Shown here piece after piece: positions 50,624-59,634 of a stretch of 64,000 nucleotides of DNA (within the stretch, counting starts at the first letter, position 1; the number at the start of each line of letters is the position of its first letter). The DNA lies in assembly GCA_017629515.1 (NCBI GenBank), contig JAGBXB010000054.1, positions 60-64,059 on the forward strand. Reading direction: 5' to 3'. Made by a program: the position numbers and the translations under genes. The notes under the pieces were generated by a model. The model saw only the letters and a list, made by a program, of their open reading frames with translations, made no database searches and was not told the DNA's origin. The DNA is from Lentisphaeria bacterium (GTDB lineage: Bacteria > Verrucomicrobiota > Lentisphaeria > Victivallales > UBA1829).

Positions 50624-53514
50624 CGTTCTCCTCCTTCCCTGTTTTCCGCAGAAGGATTTTCCTTTGATTTATTTTTCTCTGCCGCATCCGGGAATTTTAC
50701 TCCCCGCAGTACAAGAGAGGGCATCTCCTGAAAGAGATCCGCAAAATCATCATATTTTACTTTCTTATCCGGGTCACCTTTGAAAAGTTTTTCTTTCATC
50801 ATCTGTAATTCAGACCCTATCGACTGTACTTTTTCTTCCGCTTTTTCCAGAATTTCCTCCATATCCTCCCAGATTTTTATTCCGGTGGAAGTAACGGCTT
50901 TGGGCAGATTGAAGTATCCGCACTCGATCTTCATTTTTTCCATATCCGGGAGGGAATATTTTTTTCTGAAAAAAGCGTCTTTTCTCAAAAGAATGGCATA
51001 TAAAGGCAGCTGTAAGGAGAGAAATTCCATCTTTTCCCCGCTTCCTTTACAATGGGCGTTTTCCGGTTCGATCCCGGAATTGGCGGTTTTGAAATCCAGT
51101 ACCCGCAAAACTTTTTTATCCTTTGAGATTTCAATTCTGTCGATCCTTCCCGTTATATCCATTCCGGCAAAATGGATCGCCCCTGTGCCGCCCTCCTCTT
51201 TCTTTCCTCCGAGAGTATATTCCTGACACAATAAGGAATACTTTTCCTCCTCCCGGAGCAGAATGGGAACAGCAGCATACAATCTTTGTAAAATAAGATC
51301 TTTCTGTAAATCCACAAGGAAAGAGAGTTTCTCCCCGTAATTTTCTGCAAGATATTTTTCCAGAAGTTCCCGCATCTTTTCCTGCAAAGAAAATATATCC
51401 CGTCCCTGACTTTCTTTCAAAGATTCAAAAACATAATGACAGGCGTTTCCGAAAGCGGCATCATCCATCTCCTTTGCTGTATAATCTTTCATCTCCATTT
51501 TCATAATGTGTTTCAGGAAAAAATGCAGCGGACTTTCCAGATAGGTGGAAAAAGCAGTAACAGATATCCGGATATTTTCCAGTTTATTTCTGTATTTTTC
51601 CACAGGCAGACGGAAATAAAAATCGTTGGGCAATATACTTTCCTGCTGCCTTTGTTCCGGCATGGGCAGAGGTGCGGAAAATAAAAGAGAAGCTCTGGAA
51701 AGCATATTTTCTCTTTTTCCGCGGAAAAGAAAGGGGGAAAATCTTGCAGGCGTACCGTCGGCAGAAAATTTGGAAGCAAAAAATCTTACTTTCCCACCTT
51801 TTTTTCTTCTGCGTGCAATACTTTCATAAAGGTAGAAAGCATCTCTTGCCGCCCTCTGGGGATTTCCGGGAAGCCCCAGGGCAAGACGCTGGGAATCATT
51901 GATAAAAGGATTGGGGTCGATCTTTTCCGGCACAAAACTTTCACTCATCCCGCAAAGAAGAAGTTCCTCCGCTTCCAGATTGGGCAGTTCCAGAAAACCA
52001 TGCAGTTCCACCCTGCGGGAGGCAAGTTCCCCGTAAAGCACATCCGAAGCACACATTTCTTCCAGCAGGGAGAAAAATTCCTCCTTTTCCAGTGCACGCA
52101 ATACGGGACTTGCCATACACTTTTTCAGAAACTCTTCCAGATGACGGCATTGGGCTTCAAAAGAGATATTTTCCGTATCTTTTCTATCGCAGGGGATACT
52201 GTAAATATCGGTAAGGATGGAGGCAAGATTTTCCGGAAGAGACCCGGAAGACATCTTTGCACATAAATAGTTACATTCTTCCAGAACCTTTTTCATTTCC
52301 TTATCTGCAAAGGGGATCAGTGCGGCAGGGTCTTCCGGAAGATGTTCCAGAAAAATGGTATCAAGTTTTGCCAGAAACGCATTTTCCTTCACAGAGGCAA
52401 GGTGACAGCAATAAAGAAGAAAATCCTCATGATGCACCAATTCCCGGAATGAATCAAAGGAATTGTTTCTCACAAACCGGATGAGGGCGGAAAGCAGTTT
52501 TCCTGTTCTCGTTCTGCCGAAACATACGCCGGAAGGATCATAAAACTGAATATTTTTCCCGCCCAGGTTCTGTAATTCTTCTTTGAAAAAGGGCATGAGG
52601 GAGGCATCAGCACAGGCAAAGGCACTTTTTTCCATTTCCAGCCCCCCTTTTCTTGCGGCAACTGCTACAGCAAGTTTTGCCAGATCCGCCGCCTTTTCCG
52701 TATGAAAAAATGTTTCCTCATCTTTTCCCTGTTCAAAGGCGGTATTTTCCCATTTTTCCGGAACAGGATTGCCCCATTCATCAAAATATTCTTCCATGGA
52801 AGAGGGTGCCTGTATCCATATTTCCACTTCTTTTGTATCCGCAAAGCGTTCCAGCCTTGCCTGTACCGCAGGGAGCAGTCCCGGAACAGCACAAACAATG
52901 ATCTTTTTATATTCCTCCAACTCTTCTTTTTTTTCCAATGCTTCCTGCCGGCTTTGGGGCAGAGTAAAATGCAAAAGAGAAAAACGGTCCACTTTCCCAT
53001 AGGCAGCCAATTCCTTATGGTAGAGTTTTTCCAGTTCCCGTATCTCTTTTCTGCGTTCGGGGTCGATTGCGGGAGTCCGGATAATGGCATCTTCCAGAGT
53101 CATTCCGCCGAGACTCAATTCTTTCAGGAAAGAAAAAAGCATTTTGCTTAAATAGAAAGCATCGGAAAATGAGGGGGCTTTTTCTTCCGTAAAAAGCGTT
53201 GGATATTTTCTGTGATCGCAGGAAGCCAGTACTCTTGCCAAAAGAATATTGCTCTCATATTCCGTTGCCGCATTTTCCAGATTTCTCCCTTTTTCCAGAA
53301 AACTCCCCTGGCTCATCACCTCCGGCACAAAAAGTCCATCCGGTACCTTTTGCGCCAGATGCCGGAAAAATTCCCTTATGGCAAAACTTCCCGGCATGAT
53401 CATCAATATCTGTCCCAAATCAGGACACGAAGAACTCAACTCTTCCGTCAGGATCTTTTCGGAAGCAAGAAACGGCAAGGCCCCCTCAAAACCTAAAAAT
53501 ACTCTTTTTTTCAT
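50620..53514 (-). CDS. addB: AddB-like PD-(D/E)XK nuclease subunit
   Basis: GRIDRIE, VLDFKT, LQLPLY; translationally coupled to addA. Confidence 0.78.
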   Translation of the reverse strand: MKKRVFLGFEGALPFLASEKILTEELSSSCPDLGQILMIMPGSFAIREFFRHLAQKVPDGLFVPEVMSQGSFLEKGRNLENAATEYESNILLARVLASCDHRKYPTLFTEEKAPSFSDAFYLSKMLFSFLKELSLGGMTLEDAIIRTPAIDPERRKEIRELEKLYHKELAAYGKVDRFSLLHFTLPQSRQEALEKKEELEEYKKIIVCAVPGLLPAVQARLERFADTKEVEIWIQAPSSMEEYFDEWGNPVPEKWENTAFEQGKDEETFFHTEKAADLAKLAVAVAARKGGLEMEKSAFACADASLMPFFKEELQNLGGKNIQFYDPSGVCFGRTRTGKLLSALIRFVRNNSFDSFRELVHHEDFLLYCCHLASVKENAFLAKLDTIFLEHLPEDPAALIPFADKEMKKVLEECNYLCAKMSSGSLPENLASILTDIYSIPCDRKDTENISFEAQCRHLEEFLKKCMASPVLRALEKEEFFSLLEEMCASDVLYGELASRRVELHGFLELPNLEAEELLLCGMSESFVPEKIDPNPFINDSQRLALGLPGNPQRAARDAFYLYESIARRRKKGGKVRFFASKFSADGTPARFSPFLFRGKRENMLSRASLLFSAPLPMPEQRQQESILPNDFYFRLPVEKYRNKLENIRISVTAFSTYLESPLHFFLKHIMKMEMKDYTAKEMDDAAFGNACHYVFESLKESQGRDIFSLQEKMRELLEKYLAENYGEKLSFLVDLQKDLILQRLYAAVPILLREEEKYSLLCQEYTLGGKKEEGGTGAIHFAGMDITGRIDRIEISKDKKVLRVLDFKTANSGIEPENAHCKGSGEKMEFLSLQLPLYAILLRKDAFFRKKYSLPDMEKMKIECGYFNLPKAVTSTGIKIWEDMEEILEKAEEKVQSIGSELQMMKEKLFKGDPDKKVKYDDFADLFQEMPSLVLRGVKFPDAAEKNKSKENPSAENREGGER

Positions 53515-54314
53515 TTATCCTCCCCCTGATGCAAGTTTCTGTACCTGCCTGGCGGAACCCCGAACATTTTACGGAACATTCTGGAAAAATGAAACCGGTC
53601 ATGTACGCCAATAAGTTCACAGATCTCATCAATATTCTTTTCCCCCTCCTCCAGAAACTGGGCGGCCTGCATATACCTCATATTCATAAGATACTGGTGG
53701 GGCGTACTGCCTGTAAACGCCGTAAAACGGCGCAAAAACGACCGTTTGGTCATATTGGCTTTTGCCGCAAGAAAATCCAGACTCAATTCTTCCGCCATGT
53801 GACTGCGCAAAAGATCGCATATCTTTGCTGTACGCATATCGGGCAGCAGCCTTGTCAGGGCTTCTTCCGGAAGTTTGGAAAGAGCCAGAGACGCAAGGGC
53901 GGTGGCAAGGAGGATCTGCCGGTTGGAACTCTTTGATTCAGTCGCCGGAACAAGAGAACGCAGTTCATCCAGCAAAGCAAAAAGTTCCGGAGTGATTTTC
54001 ACACTGTTGCACAAATGGGAACTGCTGCCGGAATATAAAGAGGTCTCAAAATGAAAATACAGCTGTTTCGGATTTTCCGTACACCAGGAAACAAGGTCAT
54101 TATTCGGGGGGAGAAGGTAAATATATCCCGGCAGAAGTTCGATTTTCTTTCCACCGGTGATCACCCCCGCTCCGGGAGCATCATGGCAGTATAAACGCCA
54201 GAAATGGGAAGATAAATGCAGTTTATCCCAGAAGGAACCCAATCTCACCTGCCCGCAGCCCACAATACGGAACCGGAAACTTTCCCTTAACGCATTTATG
54301 TCACTATTCTTCAT
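53511..54314 (-). CDS. AraC family transcriptional regulator
   Basis: DRFHFSRMFRKMFGVPPGRYR; divergent from the fucosidase gene. Confidence 0.88.
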   Translation of the reverse strand: MKNSDINALRESFRFRIVGCGQVRLGSFWDKLHLSSHFWRLYCHDAPGAGVITGGKKIELLPGYIYLLPPNNDLVSWCTENPKQLYFHFETSLYSGSSSHLCNSVKITPELFALLDELRSLVPATESKSSNRQILLATALASLALSKLPEEALTRLLPDMRTAKICDLLRSHMAEELSLDFLAAKANMTKRSFLRRFTAFTGSTPHQYLMNMRYMQAAQFLEEGEKNIDEICELIGVHDRFHFSRMFRKMFGVPPGRYRNLHQGEDK

Positions 54315-54454
54315 AATAAACCTGCAAAAATTCATGGAATCCAGTTTGCTTTTTTCATATTTTCTTGCTATAATATACAGTAAAACTTTTTTATTGCAAA
54401 TCACACATAACAAAAACGGAAGAAAAGAATCAATCAAAAGAGAAAGGATCCTTT

Positions 54455-55720
54455 ATGATCAAAGATTATCAGAAATGGTTCGTCCACGACAGATTCGGTA
54501 TGTTCATCCACTGGGGACTTTTTGCAGTTCCTGCAAGACACGAATGGCTGAAAAATCTGGAAAAACTCAATGACGAACAATACCAGAGATTTTTTGATGC
54601 ATTCAACCCGGATATGTTCGATCCGAAAGCATGGGCGAAAGCTGCCAAAGATGCAGGTATGAAATATTTTGTGGTCACCACAAAACACCATGAAGGATTC
54701 TGCATGTTCGATTCCCACTACACCGATTTCAAGATCACCAATACCGCTTACGGAAAAGATGCCATAAGAGAGATCGTGGATGCTTTCCGGGCAGAAGGGA
54801 TCAAAGTGGGGCTTTACCACTCCCTTATCGACTGGCATCATCCGGATTATGTCATCGACAGTGTGAACTACCCCTCCGGCCTGGGCAAGACAAAAGAAGA
54901 ACTTGCTGAAATGAATAAAGGAAGAGATCAGAAAAAATATATCAAATATCTGCATGACTCTGTCCGTCAGCTTTTGACCGAATATGGTAAAATCGATATC
55001 ATCTGGTTCGACTTTTCTTTCCCCGAACCCAAATATCCCACCGGTAAAGGCAAAGATGACTGGGATTCTGAAACCCTGGTCAAAATGATCCGTGAATTGC
55101 AGCCGGGGATCCTCATCAACAACCGCCTTGATCTTCCCGATGAAGCCGATATCCTCACTCCGGAACAGGTCATGCCGGATGAAAAAGTCACCAAATCCCG
55201 CGGCGCAACCGGAGAAGTATGGGAAGGGTGCCAGACCTTCTCCGGGCCTTGGGGTTATGGCAGGGATTTCAATAACTGGAAAAGCCCCAAACAGTGTATC
55301 GATCTTCTCATCAACCATGTCTGCCGGGATGGTAATCTCCTGATGAATGTAGGCCCCAACGGTCGCGGTTACATTGAAGAAAGAGCCATGGAACGCCTTG
55401 CCGCATACGCAAAATGGATGAAATATCACTCCTCTGCCATTTACGGCTGCGGTATGGCTCCGGCAGAATATCCCGAACCCAGAGATTGCCGCTATACCTA
55501 CAATCAGGAAACCGGACAACTCTTCCTGCATGTAATGAACTGGCCCTGCTTTGCCATTCATCTTAAAAATATGTACGGCAAACTTAAATTTGCCAAATTG
55601 ATGCTTGATGGAAGTGAAATTGGTTTCTCTGAAGATGAAGAAAGAAATACTGTGACATTGAAAGTACCGATCATCAAACCGGATACGGAAGTACCTGTTA
55701 TCGAACTTTTCCTGAAATAA
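54455..55720 (+). CDS. Alpha-L-fucosidase, GH29
   Basis: RFGMFIHWG, TTKHHEGF, IIWFDF, GNLLMNVGP. Confidence 0.93.
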   Translation: MIKDYQKWFVHDRFGMFIHWGLFAVPARHEWLKNLEKLNDEQYQRFFDAFNPDMFDPKAWAKAAKDAGMKYFVVTTKHHEGFCMFDSHYTDFKITNTAYGKDAIREIVDAFRAEGIKVGLYHSLIDWHHPDYVIDSVNYPSGLGKTKEELAEMNKGRDQKKYIKYLHDSVRQLLTEYGKIDIIWFDFSFPEPKYPTGKGKDDWDSETLVKMIRELQPGILINNRLDLPDEADILTPEQVMPDEKVTKSRGATGEVWEGCQTFSGPWGYGRDFNNWKSPKQCIDLLINHVCRDGNLLMNVGPNGRGYIEERAMERLAAYAKWMKYHSSAIYGCGMAPAEYPEPRDCRYTYNQETGQLFLHVMNWPCFAIHLKNMYGKLKFAKLMLDGSEIGFSEDEERNTVTLKVPIIKPDTEVPVIELFLK

Positions 55721-55743
55721 GAAAAGCCGGGAACAAAAAATGG

Positions 55744-55781
55744 AAAGGCTTGCTCCGGACTGTGGGAGCAAGCCTTTTTTT
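55744..55781. terminator. Bidirectional terminator
   Basis: AAAGGCTTGCTCC...GGAGCAAGCCTTT followed by a T run. Confidence 0.75.
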
Positions 55782-55807
55782 GTCCTGATTTATCCTTTTA
55801 CCCTTTT

Positions 55808-56677
55808 TCAACCTTTGAAAAAGCGGATGTTCAGAGAAGAAAAATATTCTCTTTCTTCTGTAAACATTTTTTCTTGCGCTTTGTCATCCTCAAAAAGTGC
55901 AAAAACGGTGGGGCCGCTTCCACTGACAAGAGGAGTGCCCCCATATTGACGGAATTTTTGAAAAATCATTTCCAGAAGCGGGAATTTATTCAATAACGCC
56001 TTTTGTAAATCATTGCGTAAAGAATTTTTCAGTAAAAATATGTCCCCTTCCTCCACAGCTTTTATTGCATCAGAAAAAAGAGGAAAAGTTTCCAGAGAAT
56101 CCCAATGGATATTCTGGTACGCCCATTTCGCACTTACAGGAAAAAGGGGAGCGGCAAAAAGCAGGGGAAAGTGCATTTCTTTCCGGATGGATAAGGGGGT
56201 AAGTTTCTCCCCTCTTCCGGTAGCGGCACAGGGGATGTTTTTCAGGAAAAAAGGCACATCCGAACCTATGGAAAGAGCGATGGGAAAAAGTTCCTCTTCC
56301 GGCAATGCCTGATAATATTGCTGCATGGCAAGCAATGTGAGAGCAGCATCGGAAGAGCCACCGCCCATTCCTGCGGCTACCGGATTGTTTTTTTCCAGGA
56401 AAATATGTATTCCTTTATCTTTCAAAGCACTTTTTTCATAATATTTTCCGGCAGCTTTCCAGCAAAGATTCCTATTGTCACAGGGGACGCTTCTTTCATC
56501 ACACTTTATGGTTATTCCGGGTGAATTTTCAAAGGTAAAGGTAAGAATATCGCAAACGGAGGCTACCGGATAGAAAAGAGTTTCTATTTCTGTAAAAGAA
56601 TCCGGTCTTACTGCCACAGTGCGCAAAAAGAAATTTGTTTTGGCATGAGCCTTTTTTGTAAGAACATTTTTTTGCAT
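55808..56677 (-). CDS. ispE: 4-diphosphocytidyl-2C-methyl-D-erythritol kinase
   Basis: AHAKTN, PVAAGMGGGSSDAA, GSDVPFF, GRGE, SGSGPTVF. Confidence 0.92.
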   Translation of the reverse strand: MQKNVLTKKAHAKTNFFLRTVAVRPDSFTEIETLFYPVASVCDILTFTFENSPGITIKCDERSVPCDNRNLCWKAAGKYYEKSALKDKGIHIFLEKNNPVAAGMGGGSSDAALTLLAMQQYYQALPEEELFPIALSIGSDVPFFLKNIPCAATGRGEKLTPLSIRKEMHFPLLFAAPLFPVSAKWAYQNIHWDSLETFPLFSDAIKAVEEGDIFLLKNSLRNDLQKALLNKFPLLEMIFQKFRQYGGTPLVSGSGPTVFALFEDDKAQEKMFTEEREYFSSLNIRFFKG

Positions 56678-56812
56678 AGATTTTCCTTTTTTTCCTTTAT
56701 AATCTACCTCCTGCCCCGTCATTATGCAAATTCCTGTTGTAAAACTTTTCCATTTTTCCCTATTGTCCGGAGCAGAAAGCGGAGAATTTTTAAGAAAAAA
56801 GCAATTTTACAC

Positions 56813-56840
56813 TTGACAAAACAAAAAACAAGTGTATATT
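56813..56840 (+). promoter_or_regulatory. tRNA promoter
   Basis: TTGACA-N16-TATATT just upstream of tRNA-Pro. Confidence 0.65.
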
Positions 56841-56854
56841 AGATGTCATCAAGT

Positions 56855-56932
56855 CGGGATGTAGCGCAGCCTGGTTAGCGCGTTTGTCTGGGGGACAAAA
56901 GGTCGTGAGTTCGATTCTCATCATCCCGACCA
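56855..56932 (+). tRNA. tRNA-Pro(GGG)
   Basis: CGGGATG/CATCCCG acceptor stem, anticodon loop CTGGGGG, encoded CCA. Confidence 0.95.
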
Positions 56933-56983
56933 TTTTTTTTGCCCAAATTCCGGGCAAAAAAACATGAAGCCCATCAGGGCTTC

Positions 56984-57050
56984 GCTTCATGGCACGCAGT
57001 GCCGCTTCATACGGCGCAGCCGTGTTTCATGCACCGCAGGTGCGCTTCAT
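56984..57050. repeat. 20-bp-period hairpin array GYTTCAT-(5-bp stem)-GCA-(5-bp stem)
   Basis: Linkers at 56984, 57004, 57024, 57044; stems GGCAC/GTGCC, ACGGC/GCCGT, GCACC/GGTGC. Confidence 0.85.
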
Positions 57051-57065
57051 AAAACCGCTTTTTCA

Positions 57066-57215
57066 GACTTGTCCCGCCGTAGCCTATGGCGAAGGAGGAT
57101 AAAGCAGCACTATATTCATTCCACCATGAAGTATTGTTCCGCTATGCTCCACAACATGAAGCACTCACGATCGTCCGTATGACTTGTCCTCCGTAGCTCA
57201 CAGAGCTACGAGGAT
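57066..57215. repeat. Two copies of a REP-like GACTTGTCC..CCGTAGC..GAGGAT element
   Basis: Copies at 57066-57100 and 57181-57215. Confidence 0.65.
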
Positions 57216-57418
57216 GAAAAAATGAAAAACAAGAATTTTCCCATTTGTAATATATACCTCATACTGACATCATCTCCGTTTTGATCCCAAAATCTCCGAT
57301 TCATCAGCAGCGATTCTGATCTATAACACAGAGGAATCTCATAAAATTTAAAGTTTTTTCATTTCCGGGCTTGACTTTTCTATTTTCACATGTATATTAT
57401 TTGCCATTGTAACGATCA

Positions 57419-57494
57419 GTTCCTATCGTCTAGAGGCCTAGGACACCAGGTTTTCATCCTGGTAACACGGGTTCGAATCCCGTTGGGAATGCCA
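57419..57494 (+). tRNA. tRNA-Glu(TTC)
   Basis: Cloverleaf, anticodon loop TTTTCAT, CCA; promoter TTGACT-N16-TATATT at 57371. Confidence 0.95.
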
Positions 57495-57511
57495 TTTATG
57501 TACCTGTGCCT

Positions 57512-57587
57512 GTTCTCATCGTCTAGAGGCCTAGGACACCAGGTTCTCATCCTGGTAACACGGGTTCGAATCCCGTTGGGAATGCCA
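57512..57587 (+). tRNA. tRNA-Glu(CTC)
   Basis: Cloverleaf, anticodon loop TTCTCAT, CCA. Confidence 0.95.
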
Positions 57588-57825
57588 TTTTTTCCCGAAC
57601 ATGGATTTATTCTTGACCATTGTTTGATTTTATTTTACCACGACAAAAATCAGGCAGGATTCTTTTTCGGTTATTGAAAAATAAAAAAATTGTGTTATTG
57701 TAAACAGCTGTTTCAAAATTGCTGAAAAATCCAGATCATTTTACAAAATTTCTATTCAGAAACAAGTAATCCGGAAATCAGTCTTAATTTTATCTGAAAT
57801 AACGCCCTTTAAGAGTGGAGAAAAA

Positions 57826-59484
57826 ATGATAACAGCAGGATACATTATTTGTGGAATATTTCTTTTTCTGATGACCGCTTTGAGTTTGTTTGGCTGGGGA
57901 ACACTTCTTGGAAAAATTTGTAAAATCAAATTTTCAGATGAAAACAGACGGGAAGAAAAGATTCTTATGGGCTTTTTTATTCTGTTTTTGACTGCAAGTA
58001 CATGGAATTTATTTTTGCCACTCGGGAAATTATTTGCAATTTTATTTCTTCTCACCGGATGTTTCCTGACATTAATTTACAGAAAAGAGGCAAAATGGAA
58101 CAAACATGATCTCTGGCTTATTATTCCCTTATTCTTATTTTCCTTTTTTGCACTCGGCAAAACAACCGTTTATGATGCAATGCTTTATTACTACGATACG
58201 ATCCAATGGATCAACGAATATGCGGTTATACCGGGTTTAGCGAATATACACGGACGTTTGGGATTCAATCAATTTTATTTTTACTTTCCGGCACTTCTGG
58301 AAGCAATCTTCCCCAATTATGGTATAAATCTTGCCAATCCATTTCTGGGATTTCTGGCAATAAGTTTCTTTATCAGTTTAAGCAAAAATGCTTCCGCAAG
58401 ATGGTTATCTGCATTGATGACAGGTTATATTGCTTCTTACAGTCTCCGGGGTGAACTTTCATCCGCATCCCCGGATACTGCCGCTACCTTTTTTATGCTG
58501 ATCATGCTCACATCATTTACTTTGCAGCTTAAAGAAAAAAGAGACGACAAATTTCCGTTCTTTCTTTTTCTTGCAATCATTTGTGTTTTAACAAAACTTT
58601 CTCTTGCCGTTACGGCCGGAGGAATTGTATGCATCCTGTTTCTTCTGGAAAAAGAGAAGAGAAAAAGTTTGCTCTGCTGTTTACCTTTTGCGAGCATTTT
58701 AACTGGACTATGGATATTGCGCAGTATATATTTAACCGGTTACTTTGTCTATCCGCTTATTTGGCCCAGTATTGCTGTCCCCTGGCGTTTATCCGGGGAA
58801 ACGGTAAGCAATGAAGTTCTCAGCATTACAGGTTGGGCAAGAATGCCGGGGGAAAATTATCTTAATGCCGCTACACAGGGAATGTCATACTGGATCAAAA
58901 ACTATTTTATGGAAAAAGGACACCTTTTTTTAACATATTTCCGTTGTTTTACAGCAGCTGTTGCGTTATGGTTATATTTTGCGGAAAAAAGAAGAGAAAA
59001 TTTCATTAGACTTCTGCTCCTTTATTTACCACTTACAGCAGGCATTATCTTCTGGTGGTTTACTGCTCCGGATCCCCGTTTTGCTTATGCCATATTGATA
59101 TTTTTTATTCTTTACCCCGTTGCTTCTGCATTTGAAAAATTCAATTGTTCCAATAAAGCATTACTGATAATTTCTATGACGATATTTTTGATTTTTTTCC
59201 CAACCCTTGCGGCTCCTGAATTTTTAAGGCAACTCTTTTCTACAGGTTATTCCCCCCGACCGGAACGGAAATATGACACAAAAATATCTGATCACGGAGT
59301 TGTTTTGAATATAACATGGGATATGAAAAATGAAGAATTAAATAAAAAAAATCTTGGTAAAAACTCATCTTCCAAAGTACCTTTACCCTCCTCACCTTAC
59401 TACAATGCAAATTTAAAATTACTCGGCAATAATATTCAAGATGGATTTACAGTACAAAAAGGCATTAAAACAACTGTAAAATAA
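57826..59484 (+). CDS. Polytopic membrane protein (LIC_10190-like, possible GT-C fold)
   Basis: DAMLYY, PGLANIHGRLGFN, SPD, GYFVYP, APDPRF; AT-rich. Confidence 0.6.
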   Translation: MITAGYIICGIFLFLMTALSLFGWGTLLGKICKIKFSDENRREEKILMGFFILFLTASTWNLFLPLGKLFAILFLLTGCFLTLIYRKEAKWNKHDLWLIIPLFLFSFFALGKTTVYDAMLYYYDTIQWINEYAVIPGLANIHGRLGFNQFYFYFPALLEAIFPNYGINLANPFLGFLAISFFISLSKNASARWLSALMTGYIASYSLRGELSSASPDTAATFFMLIMLTSFTLQLKEKRDDKFPFFLFLAIICVLTKLSLAVTAGGIVCILFLLEKEKRKSLLCCLPFASILTGLWILRSIYLTGYFVYPLIWPSIAVPWRLSGETVSNEVLSITGWARMPGENYLNAATQGMSYWIKNYFMEKGHLFLTYFRCFTAAVALWLYFAEKRRENFIRLLLLYLPLTAGIIFWWFTAPDPRFAYAILIFFILYPVASAFEKFNCSNKALLIISMTIFLIFFPTLAAPEFLRQLFSTGYSPRPERKYDTKISDHGVVLNITWDMKNEELNKKNLGKNSSSKVPLPSSPYYNANLKLLGNNIQDGFTVQKGIKTTVK

Positions 59485-59634
59485 AAAAATAACGGACAAA
59501 AGTAAAAAGAAATCTTTTATTTCTTTGTTTTGTGATGTTTTTTTTTGCTTCTTAAAGGCCTTTTTCCATTTAAAAAAATCTCTTCCGTGCTATATTATCT
59601 TATTATGATATATAAATACGGAGAGTCGGGAATA

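Noticed and set aside
54434-55771. 445-aa antisense ORF
   Set aside because: Shadow of the GH29 gene.
56984-57050. CRISPR array interpretation
   Set aside because: The 7-bp repeats and 13-bp palindromic spacers are far too short, and there are no cas genes.
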